A DNA stretch of 64,000 nt from an uncultured cyanobacterium. GTDB taxonomy: Bacteria > Cyanobacteriota > Cyanobacteriia > Phormidesmidales > Phormidesmidaceae. Under the pieces are notes generated by a model. It was not told where the DNA came from. It saw only the letters and a program-made list of their open reading frames with translations, and ran no database searches. The translations under genes were made by a program, and so were the position numbers. Each line of letters opens with the position of its first letter. The first letter of the stretch is position 1. The stretch covers positions 800,001-864,000 of the forward strand of contig CAWBZI010000002.1 in assembly GCA_963793265.1 (NCBI GenBank). Reading direction: 5' to 3'. Positions 1 to 11,297 of this stretch are shown one piece after another.

Positions 1-499
1 GAATAGGGGCGATGTAACCCTCCCAAGCATCAGGAAAGATATAGCTTGCGCCCGACTGATAGAACCATTGGATTTCTTTTGAGCGCAGCATGAAAATGCC
101 TCTGAGGATCAACCCAGCGCAGCGAGCTGGGTGGGTTTGGGCGTAGGTGAGTGCTAAGGTGCTGCCCCAGCTACCGCCGAAGACCGTCCACTTTGGTATA
201 GAGAGACGCGATCGCAATTTCTCAATATCGCTCACTAAATCCCAAGTCGTATTATCAGTCAGCTCTGCATGAGGCGTACTTTTGCCGCAGCCGCGCTGAT
301 CGAATAAGATAATTCGCCATTGAGCGGGATCAAAAAACTGGCGGTAGATAGGAATGCTGCCACCGCCAGGGCCACCGTGTAAAAAGACAACCGGCTTGCC
401 ATCGGGGTTACCGGATTCTTCGTAGTAAAGCGTGTGCAGAGAAGAAACCTGTAGCGTGCTCTGCAAATAGGGCTCAATCGGTGGATATAGATTAGACAT
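1..499 (-). CDS. pip: Proline iminopeptidase, N-terminal part (runs off window start)
   Basis: Manual translation from ATG at 499: MSNLYPPIEPY...LYYEESGNPDGKPVVFLHGGPGGG...FDQRGCGKS...VFGGSWGS (alpha/beta hydrolase nucleophile motif). Not in the ORF track because it has no stop in the window. Confidence 0.93.
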   Translation of the reverse strand, partial: MSNLYPPIEPYLQSTLQVSSLHTLYYEESGNPDGKPVVFLHGGPGGGSIPIYRQFFDPAQWRIILFDQRGCGKSTPHAELTDNTTWDLVSDIEKLRSRLSIPKWTVFGGSWGSTLALTYAQTHPARCAGLILRGIFMLRSKEIQWFYQSGASYIFPDAWEGYIAPI

Positions 500-734
500 A
501 GCGGCGCGTAAAAAGACTGAAGTGAGCCTATTGTGCCAGCCAGATGCCGCTTCGAAAGAAAGCAGTGATAAACGTGAAAGAACCGCTAAGCTTTTTGCTG
601 CTCGATATTTTCTAGCGAATTTGTTTTAAGCGCAAAAGCCATAATGACTTTCCATTTTCCCGTCTTAGGATCGCGCAGTGAGCTAAAGGGATTAGGCTTA
701 AGCGGACGACGACTAGGCTGAGGCATAGTAGCAA

Positions 735-777
735 ATCATAAACTCATTAATACAGCTTACTGAGTATAAAAAACTAC
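735..777 (-). promoter_or_regulatory. Candidate NtcA-activated promoter facing pip (GTA-N8-TAC at 764-777, TATGAT -10 at 735-740)
   Basis: GTATAAAAAACTAC fits GTA-N8-TAC, and a TAN3T element lies 23 nt away on the minus strand. The motif is short and could be chance. Confidence 0.35.
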
Positions 778-978
778 TGGTGTGATAGACATAGCCAAGA
801 CAGGTGACTATTATCACGGATATAGCAAAACGAAGGCACTACCTACATTGGACGCCCCAGCCAGAATCAAAGTGAACAGCAAAATGAATATGTTTGTATC
901 AGAGAACTTCAATCTTTGGTAGGGTTGCTGTTAACAGAATTTATATTTTCTTTATTTCACGTTTAGCTTGCGGCACCT

Positions 979-3168
979 ATGACGGTAGAAGTTTGGCCAG
1001 GAAGACCGCATCCGTTGGGTGCTACATGGAATGGTAAGGGCACTAATTTTGCTCTGTTTTCTGAGAATGCTACGGGCGTAATCTTGTGTCTGTTCGATGA
1101 GAAAGACCATGAGAGACAGGTGCAACTGCCTCAAGTAACCAACTATGTTTGGCACGGTTTTTTGCCGGGTATAGGCCCAGATCAGCGCTACGGTTTTCGG
1201 GTAGAAGGCCCTTACGATCCCGCTTCGGGCCACCGATTTAATAAGCACAAGCTGCTGATCGATCCCTATGCTAAAGCGATCACAGGAGACGTTTGTTTTG
1301 GCCCTGAGCTGTTTAGCTTTCCGATGGATCACTTTGGTGATCGCGACCTGGATCTGGACTTTTGCGTCACTGACAGCGCTAAGGCTATGCCAAAATCCGT
1401 CGTCATTGATGGTGGCTTTGATTGGGAAGACGACACCCATCCAGATATTGACTGGGATCGCACAATTATCTATGAGGTGCACGTTCGCGGCTTCACACGG
1501 CAAAATCCTAAAATTCCTCATGAGCTAAGAGGTACGTATGCAGGCATGGGGCATCCAGAGGCGATCGCCCACCTCAAAAGTCTTGGCATCACCGCCGTAG
1601 AACTTCTACCCGTTCACCACTACGATGTGCATCCCGGTCACTTAGTCACTACTGGCCTGCACAACTACTGGGGTTACGACTCACTAGGCTACTTTGCTCC
1701 CCACGCTGGCTACAGCGCTTCAGGCCCGCGGGGCATACAAAGCGGGCAGCAGGTGCGCGAGTTCAAAGAAATGGTGAAAGCGCTTCATGCAGAAGGCATT
1801 GAGGTGATTCTAGACGTGGTGTACAACCACACCGGAGAAGGTAACCACCTGGGGCCAACCTTCTCACTTCGAGGCATCGATAACGCCGCCTATTACCGGC
1901 TGGTTGAAACCTCTCCTCGCTACTACATGGACTTCACGGGTTGCGGCAACTCGCTAAACGTACGCCACCCTCAAGTGCTCAAGCTGATTATGGATAGCCT
2001 GCGCTACTGGGTGCAAGAGATGCATGTAGACGGCTTCCGCTTTGATCTGGCCTCAGCTTTGGCCCGCGAACTCTACGAAGTCGATCGGCTCTCCGCTTTC
2101 TTTGACATCATCCATCAAGACCCTGTGCTCTCTACCACCAAGCTCATCGCCGAGCCCTGGGACTTAGGCGAAGGCGGCTATCAGGTCGGCAACTTTCCAC
2201 TGCTATGGTCTGAGTGGAACGGCAAGTATCGCGACACCATTCGAGACTTCTGGCGCGGAGAGCACTATAGCTTAGGCGACTTTGCCTTTCGCTTTACTGG
2301 TAGCTCTGATCTCTATCAAGACGATGGCCGTTTGCCTCATGCCAGCATCAATTTCATCACCGCCCATGACGGCTTTACCATCAACGATTTGGTTAGCTAC
2401 AACGAAAAGCACAACATCGCCAATGGCGAAGGCAACCGGGATGGAGAGAGCTATAACCGATCTTGGAATTGCGGCGCAGAAGGCGAGACGAGCGATCCTA
2501 AAATTATTGAATTGCGATCACGGCAGCGGCGTAACTTTTTAACCACGCTCATGCTCTCTCAAGGCGTACCCATGATACTAGGCGGCGACGAAATGGGGCG
2601 CTCTACTAAGGGCAATAACAACACCTACTGTCAGGATAGCGAACTGTCTTGGTTCAACTGGCAGCTAAAGGAGGCTGACCAACAGCTACTCGAATTCACA
2701 CAGAAGCTGATCGAGTTTCGCCATGCCCATCCAATCTTTAGCCGCCACCAGTGGTTCTTTGGCCGCGAAATTCATGGCTCGGGTGTCGTAGATATCGGCT
2801 GGTTTCATCCAGATGGCACAACGATTGACGATAGGGAATGGAACGATAGCTCCACTCGGGCCGTGGGGATCTTTCTCAACGGGGCCGAAATTCCAAACCT
2901 AGACAGTAAAGGTCAGCGCATTTTCGACGATAGCTTCTTACTATTTTTCAATCCTTCAGAAGAATCGCTGCTGTTTTCTATTCCTGAATCGATTGAGAAC
3001 CAGCAGTGGCAGATTTTGATTGATACAAAAGAGCCAACTGGCTTTGTCGCAGAAGGTAGAATTTACCAAAAAGAGGAGTTAGTGAGCGTCACAGCGCGAT
3101 CGCTCGTCGTCCTTAAATGCCCTCACTGTTTTAGCTTAGCCAGCTTCAATGCCCAGACGAAGGAGTAG
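979..3168 (+). CDS. glgX: Glycogen debranching enzyme (isoamylase, GH13)
   Basis: Motifs YEVHVRGFT, NYWGY, VILDVVYNHT, DGFRFDLA, LIAEPWD and FITAHDGF. Confidence 0.97.
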   Translation: MTVEVWPGRPHPLGATWNGKGTNFALFSENATGVILCLFDEKDHERQVQLPQVTNYVWHGFLPGIGPDQRYGFRVEGPYDPASGHRFNKHKLLIDPYAKAITGDVCFGPELFSFPMDHFGDRDLDLDFCVTDSAKAMPKSVVIDGGFDWEDDTHPDIDWDRTIIYEVHVRGFTRQNPKIPHELRGTYAGMGHPEAIAHLKSLGITAVELLPVHHYDVHPGHLVTTGLHNYWGYDSLGYFAPHAGYSASGPRGIQSGQQVREFKEMVKALHAEGIEVILDVVYNHTGEGNHLGPTFSLRGIDNAAYYRLVETSPRYYMDFTGCGNSLNVRHPQVLKLIMDSLRYWVQEMHVDGFRFDLASALARELYEVDRLSAFFDIIHQDPVLSTTKLIAEPWDLGEGGYQVGNFPLLWSEWNGKYRDTIRDFWRGEHYSLGDFAFRFTGSSDLYQDDGRLPHASINFITAHDGFTINDLVSYNEKHNIANGEGNRDGESYNRSWNCGAEGETSDPKIIELRSRQRRNFLTTLMLSQGVPMILGGDEMGRSTKGNNNTYCQDSELSWFNWQLKEADQQLLEFTQKLIEFRHAHPIFSRHQWFFGREIHGSGVVDIGWFHPDGTTIDDREWNDSSTRAVGIFLNGAEIPNLDSKGQRIFDDSFLLFFNPSEESLLFSIPESIENQQWQILIDTKEPTGFVAEGRIYQKEELVSVTARSLVVLKCPHCFSLASFNAQTKE

Positions 3169-3180
3169 TCTTCTTAAAAA

Positions 3181-3513
3181 ATGTCTTGCTATCCAAAAAT
3201 CTACGATGTCGTTAAGCTCATACCCTACGGTCAAGTCGCTACTTATGGTCAAGTAGCGGACTTGGCTGGGCTTATGGGTAAGCCCAGGGTCGTTGGCTAC
3301 GCGCTATTTCGAGTGACCGCGAATACTGATATCCCCTGGCATAGAGTCGTCAATGCGAAAGGTGCAGTGTCTCGATCTTCGTTGAGAGATGGCAATGACG
3401 ACATGCAGGAGCTGCTGCTAAAAGAAGAAGGGATCGCCTTCATCAAAGGCAAGCTAGATCTGAAAAAATATAGATGGAAGCCTGATTTTACACAAATAGA
3501 CCAAGCGCTTTGA
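3181..3513 (+). CDS. MGMT-family alkyltransferase-like protein (ATL, YbaZ-like)
   Basis: IPYGQVATYGQVA and PWHRVVN; Trp replaces the catalytic Cys of PCHR. Confidence 0.9.
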   Translation: MSCYPKIYDVVKLIPYGQVATYGQVADLAGLMGKPRVVGYALFRVTANTDIPWHRVVNAKGAVSRSSLRDGNDDMQELLLKEEGIAFIKGKLDLKKYRWKPDFTQIDQAL

Positions 3514-3531
3514 GTCAATAGACTAGATGCT

Positions 3532-3801
3532 CTATACCGTCATCATCACAGATGAGGGGACAGACATTTCAGCTTCGATAGTAAGCTCTTTAGGCTCAGA
3601 ACTTTGCTGAAAACTAACCTGAATGTTCTGAGCGCCCTCGCCTTCGAGATCCTCAACGTAGCCAGGTTTAGATTTATTTGCTTCGGCTTCACTGCTAAAA
3701 GGCCCAAAATAGTAAGTGCAGACGGGCTCTGCTGTCGTGATTTTTACCCACCAAGGTGGAGAAAAGAAGCTAAAAAGGCTACTAAAAAAGTTTTTCATCA
3801 C
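3532..3801 (-). CDS. DUF1816-family cyanobacterial protein
   Basis: WWVKITTAEPVCTYYFGPF...GYVEDLEGEGA signature. Confidence 0.85.
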   Translation of the reverse strand: MMKNFFSSLFSFFSPPWWVKITTAEPVCTYYFGPFSSEAEANKSKPGYVEDLEGEGAQNIQVSFQQSSEPKELTIEAEMSVPSSVMMTV

Positions 3802-4127
3802 AGTATTGAGAATGGCTTTGTATGTTTACAGTTGAGCTTCGTCAGTGAGCGAGTTACTAAAACCAGGCTGAAGAAGCTTCATTTTAGAACAGCTTTCATT
3901 TTTTGGCTGTTAGCAAATAACGAGATTGGAAGAAGACCTCGATCACAATACCCGATACAAAATTCAATAGAACAAAACCTCACAGTACTGTTGATGTAGA
4001 AGAATACCGCAAAAAATTAGCCAAAAGCAATGTCTTAAGAAGCTTTTTCTTTTTTTGAGACTATATTCTTCTACATTGGTTTGTACCTTTCTATCAATCC
4101 CTACTCCTACTGATAATTCTGCCAGAA

Positions 4128-5387
4128 CTATTCTGAAGCGCTAGGTAGAACATTTTTATCAGTTAAACCCTGTGCGTCCGAATCTGGCAGATTCAAGGCT
4201 GGCAACTTGTTTAACCAAGTTTGGCGGTAGATCTCGTAGAGCGCCATGCCGGTTGCAACAGAGGCATTAAGGCTAGGCGTTTTACCCCTAAGCTCAATGG
4301 ATACAAGCACGTCACAAAGATTTTGAACGGAAAGGCTTAGACCACTGCCTTCAGCACCGACAACAAGAACAACCGGCGCTGAAAAGTCTGCGGTATGAAT
4401 AGGCTGGGCAGCTTCAGCGGCTAGCCCGTAAATCCAAAAGCCCTCACTCTTTAAGTACTCTAGCGATCGCCCAAGATTGACAACTCTAGCTATAGGAATA
4501 TTTTCTAAAGCCCCCGCCGAGACTTTTGCAACAGTAGACGTGATCCCCACAGCGCGCCTTTGTGGGATCACGATCCCCTGCGCACCAATGGCCTCAGCAG
4601 ATCTCACAATCGCACCTAAATTGTGGGGATCGGTAATGCCATCAGCCGCAACAATCACCGGACGCCGTACCGCTGCTTTTGCCTGCTCAACTAAAATCTC
4701 TAGCTCTAAATATCCGTAAGCGGCTACTTGAGCAACAATTCCTTGATGATTAGCGCCCTGGGTCATTTGTGAGAGTCGCAGGCCGTCTACCTCATCAATC
4801 ACCGCCCCGTTGTCTTTGGCCGCTAAAACCATTGGGCGAAAGCGTGAGTCGTAGCGTAGCTTTTCATTTACCCATACTCTATTCAGCGGTCGGTTCGCTT
4901 CAATGGCAGCTTCTACAGAGTGACGACCATAGATCAGATCGGGCTTTTGTTCTTCTCCGAACGTTTCATCCTTCCGAAACTGGTCGGGCACATCGTTATC
5001 GCGATCACCATATTTACCCCGACCGCCGCGCTCATCTCGGTCACGACGACCCTTACCATAAGTGCCTTTTGAGCCACGGTCTTCATTAAACTTGCGCCCT
5101 TTCCCAAACTTAGAGTCGCCCGCTGCGCTTTTTGGCCTATCCTGACCAGACGAAACGCCGGGTTTGAGGCGAGGCTTAGCACCCGATTTGGAGCTGGGTT
5201 TGGCACCTGGCTTAGCGCCTGCCTTGTATGCACGGCCTGCTGTCTTGCCAGAACCGCCTTTATAGCTAGAGCCGCCACGGCCAGAGCCCAACTTAGGCCC
5301 ACCACCGGATTTAGGCCCAGTCTTTTTAATACGAGGCCGCTGAGAAGATCTTTCCGAATTATCTGGTGAACTATCTAAATCACTCAC
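4128..5387 (-). CDS. rlmB: 23S rRNA (G2251-2'-O)-methyltransferase, SPOUT family, with long G/K/R-rich N-terminal extension
   Basis: [45 protein letters not shown]. Confidence 0.93.
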   Translation of the reverse strand: MSDLDSSPDNSERSSQRPRIKKTGPKSGGGPKLGSGRGGSSYKGGSGKTAGRAYKAGAKPGAKPSSKSGAKPRLKPGVSSGQDRPKSAAGDSKFGKGRKFNEDRGSKGTYGKGRRDRDERGGRGKYGDRDNDVPDQFRKDETFGEEQKPDLIYGRHSVEAAIEANRPLNRVWVNEKLRYDSRFRPMVLAAKDNGAVIDEVDGLRLSQMTQGANHQGIVAQVAAYGYLELEILVEQAKAAVRRPVIVAADGITDPHNLGAIVRSAEAIGAQGIVIPQRRAVGITSTVAKVSAGALENIPIARVVNLGRSLEYLKSEGFWIYGLAAEAAQPIHTADFSAPVVLVVGAEGSGLSLSVQNLCDVLVSIELRGKTPSLNASVATGMALYEIYRQTWLNKLPALNLPDSDAQGLTDKNVLPSASE

Positions 5388-5516
5388 GCCTAACGCCTCT
5401 TGATGATTCCTCTAGAGATTTCCAGAGGTTGGACTTCCAGAGGTTTTTGAACGTTTATTTTAGCGTATGCGGCCCTGAACTCAATGGGCGAGCTAGCAAG
5501 CAGTGAGAAATTCTTT

Positions 5517-5978
5517 CTAGATTGACAGGCGCTTGAGCAAATCGAATAGGCGAGGCCGATCGCTCAGGTACAGAAATCCAATCAAAGCCTCAAAGCCAGT
5601 TGCTTTCTGATAGCTTTGAGCTGTCGCACGACGCTGACGACCAGTCGTTGCGTTGCGCCCTCGCCTGAGAATATCTTTCTCTGCTTCAGTCAAAGACGGG
5701 ACTAATAGATCTGCGTACTGAGCCTGCTGCTCAGCTTTGACCTGGCTCACAACCTGATTGTGGTAGTCGCGAATTTTCTTAGCGGGGAGGAGAAGGCGCG
5801 ATCGCACGTACATTTCAAACACCGCATCGCCTATGTAGGCGAGAGATATAGGGGCGATCGCATTTAACTGACTTTCAGATAGCTCACCGATAGCATCTTG
5901 CGGCAGGTCACTCACAAAAAGATTAAAGCTGGAATCAACAGACGCTTGAGCCACAATAAGCTTTGCCAAAAACAACAC
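5517..5978 (-). CDS. mrnC: Mini-ribonuclease III
   Basis: LAYIGDAVFE, RRGRNA and YQKATGFEALIGFLYL motifs; lies next to rlmB as usual. Start uncertain. Confidence 0.9.
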   Translation of the reverse strand: MLFLAKLIVAQASVDSSFNLFVSDLPQDAIGELSESQLNAIAPISLAYIGDAVFEMYVRSRLLLPAKKIRDYHNQVVSQVKAEQQAQYADLLVPSLTEAEKDILRRGRNATTGRQRRATAQSYQKATGFEALIGFLYLSDRPRLFDLLKRLSI

Positions 5979-6119
5979 GCAACCCGAATGCAGCCGCAGC
6001 CAGATAGCGAATGAACACCCCTAAACAAATACCACGTATCAACAGCAGACTCTTACATCCGGCGTCAATACGTGGCATTAGTGGACAAAAGTGCTGTTTA
6101 GAACTTTCGTTTGTTTTAT

Positions 6120-6488
6120 CTATGGTTTCTTTAGATTTTCAAGGGCAGCATCCACGTTGGGCTGTAAAGACAAAAACTGCTCTAGTCGAACGAGCTTGAC
6201 GGTTTGAGTAACGCGGGGGTTACTTACCACCTGAACGCTACCGCTCTCGCCCTTAGCTTTCTTGACCAATCGAACTAGCGCGCCTAAACCGGAGCTGTCA
6301 ACAAAGTCAATTGTAGACAAGTCCAAAATAATATGAGCTGGCCCGTCTTCGATGTACTTGTTGAGAACCTTGAGAAAAGTAGGCTCTGAAAAAGCATCTA
6401 ACAGTCCAGTGAGGCGAAATATTTGACATTTCCCCCTAACTTCGCGGGTGCCTCTTAGACTAACCGTTAGGGTAAGCGACTCAGCGAT
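6120..6488 (-). CDS. STAS-domain anti-sigma factor antagonist; probable non-canonical ATC start
   Basis: ILDLSTIDFVDSSGLGALV STAS motif. AGGAGG (6494-6499) sits 5 nt before an in-frame ATC at 6488. Confidence 0.85.
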   Translation of the reverse strand: MAESLTLTVSLRGTREVRGKCQIFRLTGLLDAFSEPTFLKVLNKYIEDGPAHIILDLSTIDFVDSSGLGALVRLVKKAKGESGSVQVVSNPRVTQTVKLVRLEQFLSLQPNVDAALENLKKP

Positions 6489-6808
6489 GGGATCCTCCTG
6501 ATATGCCTGGCATCGAACGACAATATGACGATTAAGTATAGGGCAAGATACTATCGACTGCAAGAAAGACCTAAATACGTAGGTTTACTTACAAAGTTAA
6601 TGAGTATTCACGAGTAGCTATCTATCAGTATCAACCGAATAGTCGCCATCGAAGGCGTTAGCTACAGACCTAACTTAAGTCATAAGTATCATGCCCTATC
6701 ACGGGTCAGTATCCCTCAACCAATCAGGTTATTTTGGTCTTTCTTTTGGAACGTCCTATTATCAGAACATTTAACGCAGTGACAGGGCAAAATGACTGGG
6801 CGATACAA

Positions 6809-7987
6809 CTAGGTGCGGGCATCAGATCGCATCGCTGCCACAAAATTTGCGAACAGATAGTCGGCATCGTGAGGGCCGGGGCTAGCTTCGGGATGGTACT
6901 GCACTGAAAAGACCGGGAGCTGTTTGTGTCGAATACCTGCAACCGTTTGATCGTTGAGGTTAAGGTGCGTAATTTCGACCTGCTCTTGATCTAAAGAATC
7001 AGCCGTCAAAGCAAAACCATGGTTTTGACTGGTAATTTCAACCTGTTCACTGATGCCGCAGGGCTGATTGAGCCCACGATGCCCAAATTTTAGCTTGAAG
7101 GTTTCTGCGCCCAGCGATAGACCTAATATTTGGTGGCCCATACAAATGCCAAACGTGGGAATCTGACTGTCAATCAGCTCGCGGGTGACCTGGGGCGCAT
7201 TGGTCACTGCTGCCGGATCGCCAGGGCCGTTAGACAAAAATATGCCGTTGGGCTTGTAGCTCAGAATTTTTTCGGCAGAGGTGCCTGCAGGGACAACAAT
7301 GACCCGGCAACCATAGCTAGAAAGCCGCTTTAGAATATTGCGTTTAATGCCAAAGTCAATCGCAACAACTGTTAGCTGAGACTCATCAGTAGCCGGTTTT
7401 GGCTCGACCCTTTCGGCGTCAGTGACCGCCTTAGCGCTAAACGCCCAGCTCTCTTCAGTGGCTTCACTCCATTCGTATATATCGGGTGTCGTCACTTCTT
7501 TAACGAGGTTAAGCCCCTCCATCGAAGGCAGCGTTTGAAGTTGTCTGAGAAGTTCTTCAGCGTCTAGAACTTCGCTAGAGATAACGCCGTTCATCGCGCC
7601 AACGCTGCGGAGCTTGCGGGTAAGTGCGCGTGTGTCGATGCCGTGAATGCCTGGGATATCGTGGCCCTTGAGGTAGTCGCCGAGTGATTGAGTAGAGCGC
7701 CAGTTGCTTGGGCGATCGCATACATTTTTCGCGATCGCTCCTCTCACATAGGGCTTAGCCGATTCTTCATCTGCTGCATTGACGCCCGTATTCCCTAGCT
7801 CAGGGTAAGTAAAAGTCACCATCTGACCGCAGTAGCTAGGATCTGTGAGCACTTCCTGGTAGCCCGTCATACCCGTATTAAAAACGACTTCGCCCATCGC
7901 AGTGCCCGTCGCACCGAATGACCATCCTCTATAGATAGTGCCATCTTCTAAAACGAGCAAAGCAGGCTGAGCAGAAGGGTCGAACAT
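6809..7987 (-). CDS. carA: Carbamoyl-phosphate synthase small subunit
   Basis: [43 protein letters not shown]. Confidence 0.98.
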   Translation of the reverse strand: MFDPSAQPALLVLEDGTIYRGWSFGATGTAMGEVVFNTGMTGYQEVLTDPSYCGQMVTFTYPELGNTGVNAADEESAKPYVRGAIAKNVCDRPSNWRSTQSLGDYLKGHDIPGIHGIDTRALTRKLRSVGAMNGVISSEVLDAEELLRQLQTLPSMEGLNLVKEVTTPDIYEWSEATEESWAFSAKAVTDAERVEPKPATDESQLTVVAIDFGIKRNILKRLSSYGCRVIVVPAGTSAEKILSYKPNGIFLSNGPGDPAAVTNAPQVTRELIDSQIPTFGICMGHQILGLSLGAETFKLKFGHRGLNQPCGISEQVEITSQNHGFALTADSLDQEQVEITHLNLNDQTVAGIRHKQLPVFSVQYHPEASPGPHDADYLFANFVAAMRSDART

Positions 7988-8198
7988 AGCAATCCTATTA
8001 AGAGGGACGGTAGAAAGAGAGAAAACGACAGCCGCAGGCCCAAAAAAAGCTCAAAAGTGGGTCTGAGACTGGGCTAAAGCTGAGTGATAAACACTGAAAC
8101 TTGACAAATCTTTGACAATAATATCCGTATAAGGCGCGAGCACAGCATAAAACAGGTCAGGGAATTTTAAAGAAGTAAGCAAGGTTACAACTTTTTCC

Positions 8199-9161
8199 AT
8201 GGGCCAGTCTCGATCCGTCTACCGCTACATATTACTACCTAGCTTCATCGGATTAGTTTGCTATGCCTGCGCGCTTACGCCAAAAGAAGATACAGACGCA
8301 TCGCAAAAAGCAGGTGCTGACAGCTCGAATATAAAACAGGTTGTAGATAGTGAAAATCAGGCTGACGTGAAAGTGGCTAGTCAGTCTGGCAATCAGCTTG
8401 TTGAAACTGAAACGGCTGCTGTATCGTCTCAGGCGGCAGACGCGCGATATCGTGAAGGTATCAATCTGGCTTCTAGCGCCTATACCTTAACCCTCTCAGC
8501 CGTATCGCCTGACGACTGGGGGCTAATCGCAAGCCGTTGGAGCAGAGCCGCAGACCAGCTCAGAAAGGTGAACGCAAGCAGTGAGCATTACAATATTGCT
8601 CAGCAAAAAATAGCTGAGTACACTCGCCACGCTGATCATGCGACAGCTCAAATTAAGGCGCTACAGCAGACCGTCTATATTCCGCTGCGTCCTTCAGCGC
8701 GGTCTAACGATTATTTTATTGATCGCCCCAGCACCCAGCTACCACAGCCTATCGCTGAGATTCCTGCCAATACTCCACCAACCGCATCATCTGCGAGAAT
8801 TCGCATACCTATTGTCCGCAGGCTACACGGCACGCCAGTTGTGCAGATTTTGTTCAATGGTGAGCGAACTTACGAGATGATATTAGACACGGGGGCAAGC
8901 CGTACGCTAATAACAAGGGCTATGGCCGATGAGCTGGGCGTTGTGCCGACAGAGAGAATGGTTGCAGCAACCGCAAGCGCCGCTGAAGTCACCTTTGACA
9001 TTGGCGAAATGTATTCTATGTCTATGGGCAACGCGACGCTTAAGAATGCGAAGGTTAGCATCGGTGACTCTGTAAGCATTGGCCTGCTAGGCAATGACTT
9101 TTTGAGAGGGTACGACGTGACGATTCGCAACAGAGAAGTTGAACTTGCGATCGCTCAATAG
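8199..9161 (+). CDS. Exported retropepsin-like aspartic protease
   Basis: C-terminal MILDTGAS and GLLGNDFL; hydrophobic N-terminus. Confidence 0.85.
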   Translation: MGQSRSVYRYILLPSFIGLVCYACALTPKEDTDASQKAGADSSNIKQVVDSENQADVKVASQSGNQLVETETAAVSSQAADARYREGINLASSAYTLTLSAVSPDDWGLIASRWSRAADQLRKVNASSEHYNIAQQKIAEYTRHADHATAQIKALQQTVYIPLRPSARSNDYFIDRPSTQLPQPIAEIPANTPPTASSARIRIPIVRRLHGTPVVQILFNGERTYEMILDTGASRTLITRAMADELGVVPTERMVAATASAAEVTFDIGEMYSMSMGNATLKNAKVSIGDSVSIGLLGNDFLRGYDVTIRNREVELAIAQ

Positions 9162-9198
9162 CCCCCTCAATAGTCAGCTAATAACAAACCAAAATGAC

Positions 9199-10923
9199 TT
9201 ACAGCCACATCACTCGCTGACGACGTTTGGCAGGACGCTTGCTCGTCGCTAGGGGAATCCTTTGCGCAATCGACGGCGCTACAGTAGACGCTGAAGGCGT
9301 GATGATCGCAGGGGCAGCTTGTGATGGTCGGTCGCTGACCAGTGCTGTCGAACTCAAGATAGAAGAGAAGGTGCCCTGCTGAAGCAGCCCATTCAAAAAG
9401 TCGGAATTAGAAACCTCTTCTTCTAAAGCGCCCATCGCCTCTTGAATTAAAGTACCTGAGATATCGCTAGCTGCTGGCTCTGCGATGGGGACATAAAGTG
9501 TAGAAACATCGGCATCGCCACTAAAGCTTTGAAGCAGGGGAGAAGACGAGCTGCTAGGGTTCGAGCTTGTATCTAGATCACGCAGGGGCGTAGCATCACG
9601 AAGATCGACCGAAGACTCACCGCGCGTCGAATAGTCTAAATTTTGAGCAGCTCGGTAGCTAGCGACTAGCGGAGATAGCTCTCGGCTAGGCATGTTCTCT
9701 GTTAGGCTTGCCAACGTTGCCTGCTGGGGTACAGCCGGTTGGTAAGTGACTGCCGCAGCTTCCGCTGGCAGATCGCTGACAACAGACTCAGGTGATGATG
9801 GAACTGAGTCAGACAGGGGCGTTGCTGGAGCACTTATCACTGGAGCACTTATCACTGGAGCGGGCATATCCTGTATGGGTATCTGCTGATAGCTGTTTTT
9901 GGCAGTGCTATCAGCAACAACGGTGTCAATAGGAGGCGCAGAAGATAACCGTTGGAGATTGTTCAAGATGGTCGTGCCGATCGACACATTCTGAGCAGGC
10001 ATATCAGTAGGAGAAGCTGACACACTAGAAACTAGCTGTGGCAAACCATCTTCAAATCTGACAGGCGCAGCCATATCGTCAGCAGCCATATCGTCAGCCG
10101 CGCTGATATTAGCTGACGAGGCATTAGCTGATGAGGCAGATGATATATCAGACGAGTCGCGGCTAGTTATTGAATCGTTACCCGCTACAGACTCGAAGGT
10201 TGAGGCAACCGATGCAGGTGCGGTTAGTCCGTCTAGTGAAACCTCTGCCGATAGGTTTGGGGTAGCAAAATCTGGGATAGGGAGTAGCGTTTCAGGGCTG
10301 CTGGCAATCTCGCTGTTCGGCAAAGACTCCGTAAAGCCGAGTGCAGAGGGCTCTAGAACAGATGGGAGATTGGTAGTTGAGCCGGTAGGTGAAGAGGAGA
10401 GTGAACTAGAGGCGGCGTACTGGTTGGGAATGGGCAAAGAAGAGAGATACACCTGGGAGGCGTAAGGCGTGCGATTAGTCAGCGCGCTAGGACTGCCGCT
10501 TGAACGAAGATAGGCTCTTACCTGGGCTACGGGGTCAGGCCGAGTTGAGGGTGAGGTACTGGCTAATCCACTGGCTAATCCATTGGCCAGCCCGTAGGTT
10601 TCGCCAGTTAGGCCACTCACTTCTTTGCTGCTAGGTCTGCCTACAGTAGAGAGCTTCGCGCCTGGTATAGCGTCGGCTTCGGGCTGCTCGAAGGCAGGGC
10701 CCATCATACGCCCGCCTGCGCTTGAGCCTACAGTTGAGGACGAATCTTTTTCGAGCGATGAGGCCACTAGCTCGGCAGAAGCTAACGTGCCTTCGGTTGC
10801 ATCGGCGCTAGCTACACCTTCTTCAGTAGGAACATCAAAGCTCCATTGAGTACTGGGAATGCTGCTTTGGCTGCAGCCTGTCAGGGCGGTAAGAATAACC
10901 GCTGAGGCAGTAACTTTACGCAT
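9199..10923 (-). CDS. Hypothetical Ser/Ala/Pro-rich putative lipoprotein
   Basis: 574-aa ORF with signal peptide and LTGC lipobox; low complexity with short tandem repeats (ADDMA x2, APVIS x2). Confidence 0.7.
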   Translation of the reverse strand: MRKVTASAVILTALTGCSQSSIPSTQWSFDVPTEEGVASADATEGTLASAELVASSLEKDSSSTVGSSAGGRMMGPAFEQPEADAIPGAKLSTVGRPSSKEVSGLTGETYGLANGLASGLASTSPSTRPDPVAQVRAYLRSSGSPSALTNRTPYASQVYLSSLPIPNQYAASSSLSSSPTGSTTNLPSVLEPSALGFTESLPNSEIASSPETLLPIPDFATPNLSAEVSLDGLTAPASVASTFESVAGNDSITSRDSSDISSASSANASSANISAADDMAADDMAAPVRFEDGLPQLVSSVSASPTDMPAQNVSIGTTILNNLQRLSSAPPIDTVVADSTAKNSYQQIPIQDMPAPVISAPVISAPATPLSDSVPSSPESVVSDLPAEAAAVTYQPAVPQQATLASLTENMPSRELSPLVASYRAAQNLDYSTRGESSVDLRDATPLRDLDTSSNPSSSSSPLLQSFSGDADVSTLYVPIAEPAASDISGTLIQEAMGALEEEVSNSDFLNGLLQQGTFSSILSSTALVSDRPSQAAPAIITPSASTVAPSIAQRIPLATSKRPAKRRQRVMWL

Positions 10924-11297
10924 GAACTCTCAACTCTCCACTTTTAGCGTCTGAATAACTGTTTGGACGGTTTCTCTATGTTTTTAAGGCATACAACGGT
11001 ATAGAAACTCGCTGATTATCCCTGTGCTATCTATTGCAGTCATTGCCTACGTAGATGCAATAGACAGTGCAATTAGGCAAAGAGCGCCCTTGGAACGTCT
11101 ACGTAAACAAACTTATCATCTCTGTATTTTTTAATAGATGCTTTTGCCAGTATTTACACTGAAAACGCATCCAATCTTCAAATACCTTTCATAAACTGCT
11201 TTTTAGGCGCGTTTTAAATGACTGTGATCACACGTAGAATACGCCGAACATGCTTAGTACATGCTTAGTTACTTGACGGACACAGATCGTAAAAGTT

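Noticed and set aside
952..1521. Antisense and alternate-frame ORFs overlapping real genes (this one and many others in the track)
   Set aside because: They are shadow ORFs of well-supported genes and carry no recognisable motifs.
8175..8188. GTA-N8-TAC between carA and the protease gene
   Set aside because: The nearest TAN3T is 25 nt away, off the usual spacing; such 6-base motifs arise often by chance.
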